Below are positions 19,764 to 28,043 of a stretch of 64,000 bases of DNA, in pieces. This DNA comes from Promethearchaeota archaeon (lineage in GTDB: Archaea; Asgardarchaeota; Lokiarchaeia; Sigyniarchaeales; SOKP01): positions 160,001 through 224,000 of the forward strand of contig JAEOUA010000001.1 in the NCBI GenBank assembly GCA_016839555.1. Direction: 5' to 3'. Within the stretch, counting starts at the first letter, position 1. Each line of letters begins with the position of its first letter. The notes below the pieces were generated by a model. That model made no database searches. It was not told where the DNA came from and saw nothing but the letters and a program-made list of their open reading frames with translations. A program made the translations under genes and the position numbers.

Positions 19764-20852
19764 ATGATTTATATGATTGAAAAGGTTTTAAATTCTGAAA
19801 AGGAAGCAATTAATAATGAATTAAAAAGATATTATAATCAATTAATTCAACGTAAAGAGGATATTTTATTTAAAGATTTTATTAGTGAATTTAAAGGATT
19901 TATTTTAAACAAACAAGCAAAACGTCTTCACCCTATTCTTTTAATTCAAGCATTCAAGGGGATTATTAATCCTTTATATCTGCAAGATGAAATCAAGGAA
20001 ATCAGAAAAGTTGCTATTTCTGTTGAATTTTTACATAATGCTCATTTAATACAAGATGATTTGGTAGATGATGATCAAAATCGTCGAGGTGCTTTGACAC
20101 TTCATTATCAATTTAAAAATGAATTGGAAAAAATCTTGAAAAATAATACTAACGAGCTTAATTCACAAGTCTCGAAGAGATATGGCACCAATATGGCTCT
20201 TCTTGGTGGGACTTATAGTTATTTATTAGGAATTGATATACTCAAAAGTTCTACTTTTGCAGAGAAATTGAAATTACTATCAATAAAAGAATATACAGAA
20301 GCTATAGATTACGTACTGAAAGGGCAAATAATTGAGGAATATCTAAATTCTCATAACATTACTATGACCATCGAACAATATCTAAGTATTGCTGAAATGA
20401 TTAGAGCTCGTGTTTTCGAAAGATCAGCAAAAATTGGAGCCATCTTAGCAAAAGGAAACATTCATTATCAAATAGAGCCTCTCTCAGAAGCGATGCTTAA
20501 AATAGGACAAGCTTATGCTATCATAGACGATGTATTAGATATTACAGATGATATTAAGGGAAAAAAGAAAAATAAATTTCCATATCTCTTGGCTCTCAAT
20601 AATGTAAATGAACACCAAGGGAAATTATTGAATGAAATTTATAATAAACCTCAATTAACCGAAGATGATGTTGCCCAAGTTAAAAATATTTTTTCTGAAA
20701 CTAACGCAATTCAAATAGCTATGCAATTTTCTAAAAATTTAATAAACCAAGCTCAAAAAAATCTTGAGCAAATTTATCCCGACCTTAATAAAGAGCAAAA
20801 AAGTTTTTTTAATGAATTTGCCGATTATATCTATAAAATAGGAATACAATAG
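19764..20852 (+). CDS. Trans-polyprenyl diphosphate synthase family, divergent
   Basis: KRLHP, FARM QDDLVDDDQNRRG, GQ, SARM IDDVLD. Confidence 0.85.
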   Translation: MIYMIEKVLNSEKEAINNELKRYYNQLIQRKEDILFKDFISEFKGFILNKQAKRLHPILLIQAFKGIINPLYLQDEIKEIRKVAISVEFLHNAHLIQDDLVDDDQNRRGALTLHYQFKNELEKILKNNTNELNSQVSKRYGTNMALLGGTYSYLLGIDILKSSTFAEKLKLLSIKEYTEAIDYVLKGQIIEEYLNSHNITMTIEQYLSIAEMIRARVFERSAKIGAILAKGNIHYQIEPLSEAMLKIGQAYAIIDDVLDITDDIKGKKKNKFPYLLALNNVNEHQGKLLNEIYNKPQLTEDDVAQVKNIFSETNAIQIAMQFSKNLINQAQKNLEQIYPDLNKEQKSFFNEFADYIYKIGIQ

Positions 20853-21024
20853 GTAAGAATTAAATTATCCTTTCAATTATTTCTTACTTTTATTTGAATT
20901 AGAACTTTACAATCTTAATATTTAAAGTGCTTTTACAAAATAAAGAAAAAATCTAAAAAGTTTCCTTCACTCATATAGCTAAAGCGAGCAGTTTAAAATC
21001 AAATAATATTTAGGGCTAAAAATA

Positions 21025-21936
21025 ATGATGAATAAATTACTTCCTGAACAAATCGTTATAAGACCTCCTGTCGAAGCTTATTCGGTGCTTATTGCAGTAA
21101 CAGGTGGGTGCAGCTGGAATAAATGTGCCTTCTGTGGTACATATAAGAGTGGCGTATACGGTGGAATTCAAGAATATGCCATTAGAGATATAGAAGATAT
21201 CAAAAAGAATATTGATTTCTATGCTGAAAAAAATTACCATGGATATCCCGTGTTTTTAGCGGGTGGAAATCCTACTTCAGCCCCCACAGATTTTCTCGTG
21301 GAAATTATTAAATATGTGAGACAAAAGTTACATAATGTGCCAAGAGTTAGTTGCTATGCCAAGGCATTAGATATTTTACGAAAATCTGATGATGAATTAC
21401 AACAATTAGCAGATGTGGGATTGGATATAGCATATATGGGCTTAGAGAGCGGCTCGAGTAAAGTTCTCAGAATAATGCGAAAAGGAACTAATGCAGAATC
21501 AATGATCAAAGCGGGAAAACGGATAATGGGAGCGGGTATAAAATTATCGCTATATGTTTTATTAGGATTAGGGGGTAAACAATATTCCGAGGAACATATG
21601 AAAGGTACGGCCAGAGTTTTAACAGAAATTAATCCTAATATTTTTCGCTTTAGAACAGTACACGTGATTCCTAATACTCCTTTATATGAATGGGTTAAAA
21701 AAGGCGAATTTCAATTATTAACACCTCTAGAAAATATTAAAGAGGAGCGAGATATTATTGCCAACCTTGGGGATAATGTAACTTCAGAAGTATATAATGA
21801 CCATGTAAGTAATTATGTTTCGATTGAAACAGAAAATATTCAAAAGGATAAGGAACGATTTATAACAACTTTAAATGAATTAATTGATGATCCAAGAATA
21901 ATGGCTATGCCAAGAAAAAATCTTACAATAATGTGA
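21025..21936 (+). CDS. Radical SAM protein
   Basis: IRPPVEA, CSWNKCAFC (CxxxCxxC), YMGLESG. Confidence 0.9.
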   Translation: MMNKLLPEQIVIRPPVEAYSVLIAVTGGCSWNKCAFCGTYKSGVYGGIQEYAIRDIEDIKKNIDFYAEKNYHGYPVFLAGGNPTSAPTDFLVEIIKYVRQKLHNVPRVSCYAKALDILRKSDDELQQLADVGLDIAYMGLESGSSKVLRIMRKGTNAESMIKAGKRIMGAGIKLSLYVLLGLGGKQYSEEHMKGTARVLTEINPNIFRFRTVHVIPNTPLYEWVKKGEFQLLTPLENIKEERDIIANLGDNVTSEVYNDHVSNYVSIETENIQKDKERFITTLNELIDDPRIMAMPRKNLTIM

Positions 21937-22106
21937 ATGATCCTTCGTTGTTTTATTAAAGAAATTAGTAAAGTTTATTTAAAATGGCAACAAATTATAT
22001 TAAAAAGCGATATATTCTTAGATTATTATCTTTTTGAAATAAATCTATAAATTTTTAATATTCACATTTTTTATACATTATAAAAATTTTATATTTTATT
22101 AAAAAA

Positions 22107-23570
22107 ATGTCAGACTATTTTCGTAAAAAAGTGCATTCTGAAGAAATTATTGCGACATTTAATGATATATTAATTTTGCCGGGGTATACAAGGAGTATTG
22201 ATATAGATATCTCTGCTAAATTACGTAAATATCATTTTAATATCCCTATAATGTCCGCTGCTATGGATACGGTCACAGAAGAGGAAATGGCGATAAAAAT
22301 GGCTTTATTAGGTGGCTTGGGGGTGCTACATAGAAATTGCTCTTTTGAAAAGCAATTAGAGATGTGCCAAAAAGTGAAAAGAGCAAGATCTTTTGTAATT
22401 ATGGATGTTGCAACAATTAATATTGATGCATCTGTAAAAGAGGCAAAACATCATATGGAAGAGAAAGGTATCAGCGGACTTGTAGTTACAAATTCAGAAA
22501 ACAAAGCTTCCGGAATTTTTACCAAGAGAGATATTCCTTATTCAGAAACAGACATTAGGGAAGGGAAGGTAAGAGATTATATGACTCGTGACCTTATTTC
22601 AATCCAGCCGGGTGTATCGAGAGAAGAAGCTTTAGAAGTATTATTTAAAAATAGAATTGAGAAACTCCCTATAATTGAAAATGGATATCTCAGAGGATTA
22701 ATAACCAAAAAGGACTTGAAACCTGAATTTCCTCTTGCTTCAATAGATGAGAAGGGAAGATTACTTTGTGGTCTGGCAATTAGTCCAAAAGTTCCTGAAT
22801 CCCTTCAACTCCAAAATGTATTAAAAAAGATTGATAAAAATGTAGATATCTTTTTTACAGATGTTGCTGATTTTTATAAAGAGATGGATATACAAGGAAT
22901 AAGAAAATTAATGGAGCTTGTAGAGTCTGATTTTGTTTTGGGAAATATTGGAACTTATAAAGCTGCTGAACATCTTTTAACAAAATGTGATTTTGTTGAT
23001 GAAAGAATTTTAGGTATTAAAGTTGGGATGGGTTCTGGAAGTATTTGTTCTACCTCAATTCAAACTGGAGTGGGAGCTCCAACACTTTTCGCCACCGCTC
23101 AAGTTGCCGATGCGATTCAAGATTATAATCCAAACATAGGATTAATTGCTGATGGAGGCTTCGCAAACCCCGGAGATTTACCTAAAGCCTTTTCTGTGGG
23201 AGCGGATATGATTATGTCTGGTCATTTCTTTGCCGGATGTACTGAATCTCCCGGTTATATTGATACAATACAAGGTCGCAAAGTTAAAATTTATCGCGGT
23301 ATGGGTAGTAAAGAAGCTCGTACTTCAAATTATATACTTGATAGATATGTGGAGGGTGCAAAAACACTTCCCGAAGGAGTATCTGACTATGTTCCTTATG
23401 TTGGACCACTTTCAGGCGTTATAGAAACTCTTACAGAAGGTATTACAAATGGTATGATATATGCAGGAGCGCAAAATATTGAAGAGATGAAATCAGCCGA
23501 AGTTGGACTGGTGAGTGCTGTTGGTATAAGAGAACAGAAACCCCATGATTTGATCGGACGGTATGAATAA
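22107..23570 (+). CDS. guaB: IMP dehydrogenase with CBS pair
   Basis: SAAMDTVTE, GGLGVLHRN, CBS region, KVGMGSGSICST with catalytic Cys, IADGG, YRGMGS, PEGV. Confidence 0.9.
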   Translation: MSDYFRKKVHSEEIIATFNDILILPGYTRSIDIDISAKLRKYHFNIPIMSAAMDTVTEEEMAIKMALLGGLGVLHRNCSFEKQLEMCQKVKRARSFVIMDVATINIDASVKEAKHHMEEKGISGLVVTNSENKASGIFTKRDIPYSETDIREGKVRDYMTRDLISIQPGVSREEALEVLFKNRIEKLPIIENGYLRGLITKKDLKPEFPLASIDEKGRLLCGLAISPKVPESLQLQNVLKKIDKNVDIFFTDVADFYKEMDIQGIRKLMELVESDFVLGNIGTYKAAEHLLTKCDFVDERILGIKVGMGSGSICSTSIQTGVGAPTLFATAQVADAIQDYNPNIGLIADGGFANPGDLPKAFSVGADMIMSGHFFAGCTESPGYIDTIQGRKVKIYRGMGSKEARTSNYILDRYVEGAKTLPEGVSDYVPYVGPLSGVIETLTEGITNGMIYAGAQNIEEMKSAEVGLVSAVGIREQKPHDLIGRYE

Positions 23571-23770
23571 GAAATAAAAATTAGAAACCATTAAGTTTCC
23601 AACCATTTAACAATTATTTATTTACGAATTCTACTATATATTTTAGGATAAGAGATATACATCATCAAAATATTATTTTAGTTGAAGATGAAGCAGAAAT
23701 AGAAGAAAGTGAAGAAATAAAGTATATTCATAATTCTAAAACTTATAAACATAATCATTTCCATAATTTC

Positions 23771-23798
23771 CTTCGTAACCATGAACATGGTTATGAAG
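23771..23798. terminator. Inverted repeat between convergent guaB and HEPN genes
   Basis: CTTCGTAACCATG-AA-CATGGTTATGAAG, 13-nt arms with one G-T pair. Confidence 0.45.
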
Positions 23799-23810
23799 AA
23801 TAGAAGAAAA

Positions 23811-24230
23811 TTATTGTTTTTCCTTTAAATATTTTTTAACAATATTAACTGTTTCATCTGCTAATTTATAAGCTTCTTTTGCAGAATTTTCTGTAAAAAC
23901 TTCCGCTGGAATGGAATCTGGTAAACTATTGGGATATCTAGTGGGAATATAATAAGTATCTAGGAAAGAGATTTTATTACTTAGGACATTTAATGAATCA
24001 TTAAATTCTAATACCCAATCTAGTAACTTTTTTATTGAGTGTCCAATGACCAAATCTTGCTTATTAAAATAAAGTATTGATTTTAATGCTTTTTCTACAA
24101 TTTGTTGAAAGAGAAAACAAACCAAATAATACCGTTTATTTTCTAGCAAGATTTTAGCACTTTTCAAATCTTCAATTGATTGATTTAGCCATCTTTTTGC
24201 TTCTTCCTTATATTTATTCATTTCTTTCAT
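23811..24230 (-). CDS. HEPN domain protein
   Basis: WLNQSIEDL..A, QQIVEKALK, GHSI, YIPTRYP; overlaps upstream MNT gene. Confidence 0.9.
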   Translation of the reverse strand: MKEMNKYKEEAKRWLNQSIEDLKSAKILLENKRYYLVCFLFQQIVEKALKSILYFNKQDLVIGHSIKKLLDWVLEFNDSLNVLSNKISFLDTYYIPTRYPNSLPDSIPAEVFTENSAKEAYKLADETVNIVKKYLKEKQ

Positions 24231-24561
24231 AAATTAATTTTCCTTCTTTTAAAATATGTTCGATAAATAAATTATTTTCCTTCATTTTTTCAATCTCAGA
24301 TGGCGTGTAAGCTAATATATCCACATCCGAAGGTTGAATAGTTAAATAAATTTCTTTAAGACGCTCAATAAATAATTTGTTAGAATCTATTATTACTAAA
24401 AGATCAATATCGCTCATTATATTTAATTCATTTCTTACAGCAGATCCAAATAAAATTATCTTTTTAACACCTATTTGAATTAAACGATTCTTTACTCTCT
24501 CTAATTCTTTTTCTAAATGAGCTAAGTGTTCTTCTTTTAATTTTTTAATTTTTTGGAACAT
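24214..24561 (-). CDS. Minimal nucleotidyltransferase (MNT), partner of HEPN
   Basis: ILFGSAVR, SDIDLLVI, VDILAYTP.E, ILKEG. Confidence 0.92.
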   Translation of the reverse strand: MFQKIKKLKEEHLAHLEKELERVKNRLIQIGVKKIILFGSAVRNELNIMSDIDLLVIIDSNKLFIERLKEIYLTIQPSDVDILAYTPSEIEKMKENNLFIEHILKEGKLIYERNE

Positions 24562-24648
24562 TATTTAATATAAAGAATTTGTATATTAAAATAGATTCTC
24601 TTTAACTAATTAATTAATACATAAAATAAAAGAAAGACAGACCTTAAA

Positions 24649-24825
24649 TTATTGTAGCTCTCTCGAGGGATTTAGGTCTATTTTTTTGAATAATTTCTCA
24701 ATCTCATCAAAGGTGATTAAATTATCTTTAACCATCTGTCGTATTAATTTATACGCTCCGCATTCGTATTCCCTCTCCCAATATTCTTGGTCTTTAGCAT
24801 AAAAATTACATTTATGACATACCAA
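24649..24825 (-). CDS. Small Cys-containing protein not in ORF track (start uncertain)
   Basis: Minus strand reads LVCHKCNFYAKDQEYWEREYECGAYKLIRQMVKDNLITFDEIEKLFKKIDLNPSRELQ*; frame stays open to about 24880 without an ATG. Confidence 0.45.
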   Translation of the reverse strand: MVCHKCNFYAKDQEYWEREYECGAYKLIRQMVKDNLITFDEIEKLFKKIDLNPSRELQ

Positions 24826-25143
24826 ACTAATTAGTTTTCGATTTAATGGGGTAATATATTTCCTAAATTTTTTTTTAAAATCTTATTATTATACTCCTTC
24901 TTTACTTCTATTTAAATTCTCTGATAATTAAAAATAAAGGGGTACTATTGCTACTTTTCAAGTTGAAGCCATAGTTTTAATGGTTGATAAAAGAAAAAAA
25001 ATTAAATAATATTCTCATTCAATCCTTAATATTTTTAATTTTTCTAGTAATTGGCTAGAAAGATAATTAAAAATTATACAAAATATTCATTAATATTGTT
25101 GAAATTGGAATGCAATAAATCATTTTAATAGTTATGAGTTTTT

Positions 25144-26745
25144 ATGAAAAAAATTGAAAGAGTATTAGTAAGTGTTTTTGATAAAACTGGAGTCGTTGAT
25201 TTCGTAAAAGCTTTAGTAGATGAATTTGATGTTGAAATACTCTCAACGGGCGGAACAGGCAAGCTTCTGGAAAAAAATGGTCTAAAAATTGTTAAGATTT
25301 CAGAATACACCGGTTTACCTGAGATGTTCGAAGGGAGAGTTAAAACATTACATCCTAAAATCGAAGGAGGGATTCTCTATAGAAGAGAAATTGAAAAAGA
25401 TGTGTTAGACGCCAAGAAATATAATATTCCTCCAATTGATATGGTAGTATGCAATTTATATCAATTTAAAGAGGCGATCTCTAAACCGGATATTACTCTA
25501 CAGGAAGCACTAGAAATGATAGATATTGGGGGCCCTACAATGATTCGAGCAGCGGCAAAAAATTATCCAGATGTAGTAGTTGTTCCAGATCCAAAATATT
25601 ATACACTTATTATTGATGAGTTAAAAAAAAACAATGGTATCATCGGCGATCAATTAAGGGCAACTTTAGCCCAAGATGTTTTTCTTATTATGGCGGAATA
25701 TAATGCAATTATTGCTAATTATCTCCAAGATCAAATATCTAACAAAATTCTCCCTGATAAAATTGTAAAAGTTTATGAGAAAGTCCAAGATTGTCGATAC
25801 GGGGAAAACTGGGATCAAGCAGCCGCATATTACCAAGATCTGTCTGCAACCCTTGGATTACATAATATAAGACAATTATGGGGGAAGGAAATTTCTTTTA
25901 ATAATTATTTAGATATTGATTCTTGCATGCAAATGTTATTAGATTTTGGAAAAGAGGATTATGTTACCGCTATTTTAAAGCATACCTCACCAAATGGGAT
26001 TGCATTAGACAGAAAAAATCAGTTAGAATCTGTGAAAAGAGCTTTTAGTACCGATCCTATGTCTGCCTTTGGAGGTATTTGGGGGATAAATAAACCATTA
26101 ACAGAGGAAATAGCAGATTATATTATTAACAAAGAAAATATTTTTATAGAAGTAATTATGGCACCCCAATTTGAGCCTGATGCACTTAAAATCCTAAAAC
26201 AGAAGAAAGATTTAAGAATTTTAGAATTTGGGAACTTAATTGAAATGGAAAAAGAGATATATCAAAATTTAGAATTAAGGAGTGTATTGGGAGGGGTATT
26301 AATTCAAGAATATGATCATAAACCAATTGTAAAAGAATGGAATGTGGTAAGTAATAGAAAAATATCAGAAGAAGAAAAAAATGCATTAATTTTTGCATAT
26401 AAAGTTTCTAAATGGGCAAAATCTAATTCTGCATGTTTTGCACAAATTTATAATGATGGTATGTATACAATTGGAATTGGAGCCGGCCAGCAATCCAGGG
26501 TTCATGTAGTAAAACTTGCTGCTCAAAAGGCAGTAGAATTCGGTCATAAAGAGGCATTAAAAGAATCATTCATGGGAACAGACTCCTTTTTCCCATTTGC
26601 CGATGGTTTAGAAGCTGCAGTAGAGGCGGGAGCAAAGGCAATTATTAATCCTGGAGGCTCAATAAGGGATGATCTTATAATTAAAAGAGCTAACGAATTA
26701 GGGTGCTCTCTGGTTTTTACTGGTAAAAGAGTTTTCCTTCATTAA
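25144..26745 (+). CDS. purH: Bifunctional AICAR transformylase/IMP cyclohydrolase
   Basis: SVFDKTG, STGGT, GRVKTLHP, IDIGGPTMIRAAAKN, RYGEN, KSN, DSFFPF, PGGSIRD. Confidence 0.96.
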   Translation: MKKIERVLVSVFDKTGVVDFVKALVDEFDVEILSTGGTGKLLEKNGLKIVKISEYTGLPEMFEGRVKTLHPKIEGGILYRREIEKDVLDAKKYNIPPIDMVVCNLYQFKEAISKPDITLQEALEMIDIGGPTMIRAAAKNYPDVVVVPDPKYYTLIIDELKKNNGIIGDQLRATLAQDVFLIMAEYNAIIANYLQDQISNKILPDKIVKVYEKVQDCRYGENWDQAAAYYQDLSATLGLHNIRQLWGKEISFNNYLDIDSCMQMLLDFGKEDYVTAILKHTSPNGIALDRKNQLESVKRAFSTDPMSAFGGIWGINKPLTEEIADYIINKENIFIEVIMAPQFEPDALKILKQKKDLRILEFGNLIEMEKEIYQNLELRSVLGGVLIQEYDHKPIVKEWNVVSNRKISEEEKNALIFAYKVSKWAKSNSACFAQIYNDGMYTIGIGAGQQSRVHVVKLAAQKAVEFGHKEALKESFMGTDSFFPFADGLEAAVEAGAKAIINPGGSIRDDLIIKRANELGCSLVFTGKRVFLH

Positions 26746-27088
26746 TAAAATTTTAATTTTCTTCATTCTATCAGTAAAATAAGAAAAATGCTATAATGAG
26801 CATACCTATAATAACTGAATGAATTTAAGATATGTTCTTAATCGTTCTCAAATAGGAAAATCAATAGAGTTAGAGGGAATACAAAAAAAATAAAAACTAA
26901 AAGTTTTTTTCAGGTAAAAATTAGAGATCTCGATCTTCATCCGATCGTTGCTAAAAAATATCGGTGATATCCCAAAAAAACCTTTTTAGCGCTAGAATCT
27001 CAATAAAAAGAGCATTTATTATTATCATCCTTATAAAATCTGAGGAGGATTAAGGTCTTTCCTTAAAGTTTCTCAAAAAAATAAAAAA

Positions 27089-27155
27089 GGTTAATACTTA
27101 TCTTAACTCAAGTTAAGTCCTATCTTAACATAGTTAATATTGATCTTAACTCATA
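27089..27155. repeat. Phased tandem palindromic repeats TTAAC-N3/4-GTTAA with 21-22 bp period
   Basis: TATCTTAACTCAAGTTAAGTCC (27099), TATCTTAACATAGTTAATATT (27121), GATCTTAACTCA (27142), plus a preceding GGTTAATACT half unit. Confidence 0.65.
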
Positions 27156-27751
27156 AAGAAAAAAAACTAAATGTAGAAAAAACAAAAAAATATAAGTATA
27201 AATATGAAATTTTTGGATCTTTAACCTAATTTCCCATAAAAATACGACTTTTCTTTTAAAAGAAGCTACTATAACTTTATTAATTAGTTTCGAAATTATA
27301 TTAAAAATAAAAATTAATAATTATAATTCTTATATTTCATGGAAATTCAAAAAAAAGAGAGAAGTATGATAGTTTTACCTGTTATCATAAAACAAAATTC
27401 TATAAAGATATTAAATGTGGTAATTAAAAATTAAGAAAATGGATTTATATAATTATTAATCCACTAATATTACTTTTTTTTGACAAAATATCTGTTATAA
27501 ATATTCTATTTTTTCCACAAAAGTTATGAAAATCAACGACATTTTCAACTAAATATTTACCTAAAAGAAAACATTTCCTAGAACTCATATTTAATATAAT
27601 GCTTTCGGTAAACAATATTTATATATGTATAGATTTATATAAGAAGAGATAATAAATTATTATATATACTATTAATTCTACAATTCAAACTATCACAAAA
27701 AGATCTATATTTTACAGCATGTAATTCATTAAATAGAGGCATAATATAAGC

Positions 27752-28033
27752 ATGGATTTCTTTTTAAAAAATTTAAGTGATACATTAACTGCAATCAATG
27801 AACTGATTGAAAATAATGTAAATCTAGTTAATACAAAACGTGTAAGACGATGTATTAACGTTTCCTCAAGTAATAGGAGCAAAATAAATTTTATCTGGAG
27901 ATCCTTAGCTTATCTTGAAGATCAAGGAATTTTAAAAGCCAATGGCGCTTCTAGTCCTAAAAATTATAATATACTGCCCGATGAGAAAATTGATATAGAT
28001 GAATTTATTAAAAAAGTAAAAGAAGAGAGATAA
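27752..28033 (+). CDS. Small winged-helix-like putative DNA-binding protein
   Basis: Basic helix TKRVRR, IWRSLAYLEDQGIL followed by wing-like PKNY. Confidence 0.6.
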   Translation: MDFFLKNLSDTLTAINELIENNVNLVNTKRVRRCINVSSSNRSKINFIWRSLAYLEDQGILKANGASSPKNYNILPDEKIDIDEFIKKVKEER

Positions 28034-28043
28034 TGAATAAATC

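Noticed and set aside
26746-27751. Replication origin call for the 1-kb AT-rich gap
   Set aside because: No cdc6/orc1 nearby and no ORB G-string recognised; kept only as a repeat finding
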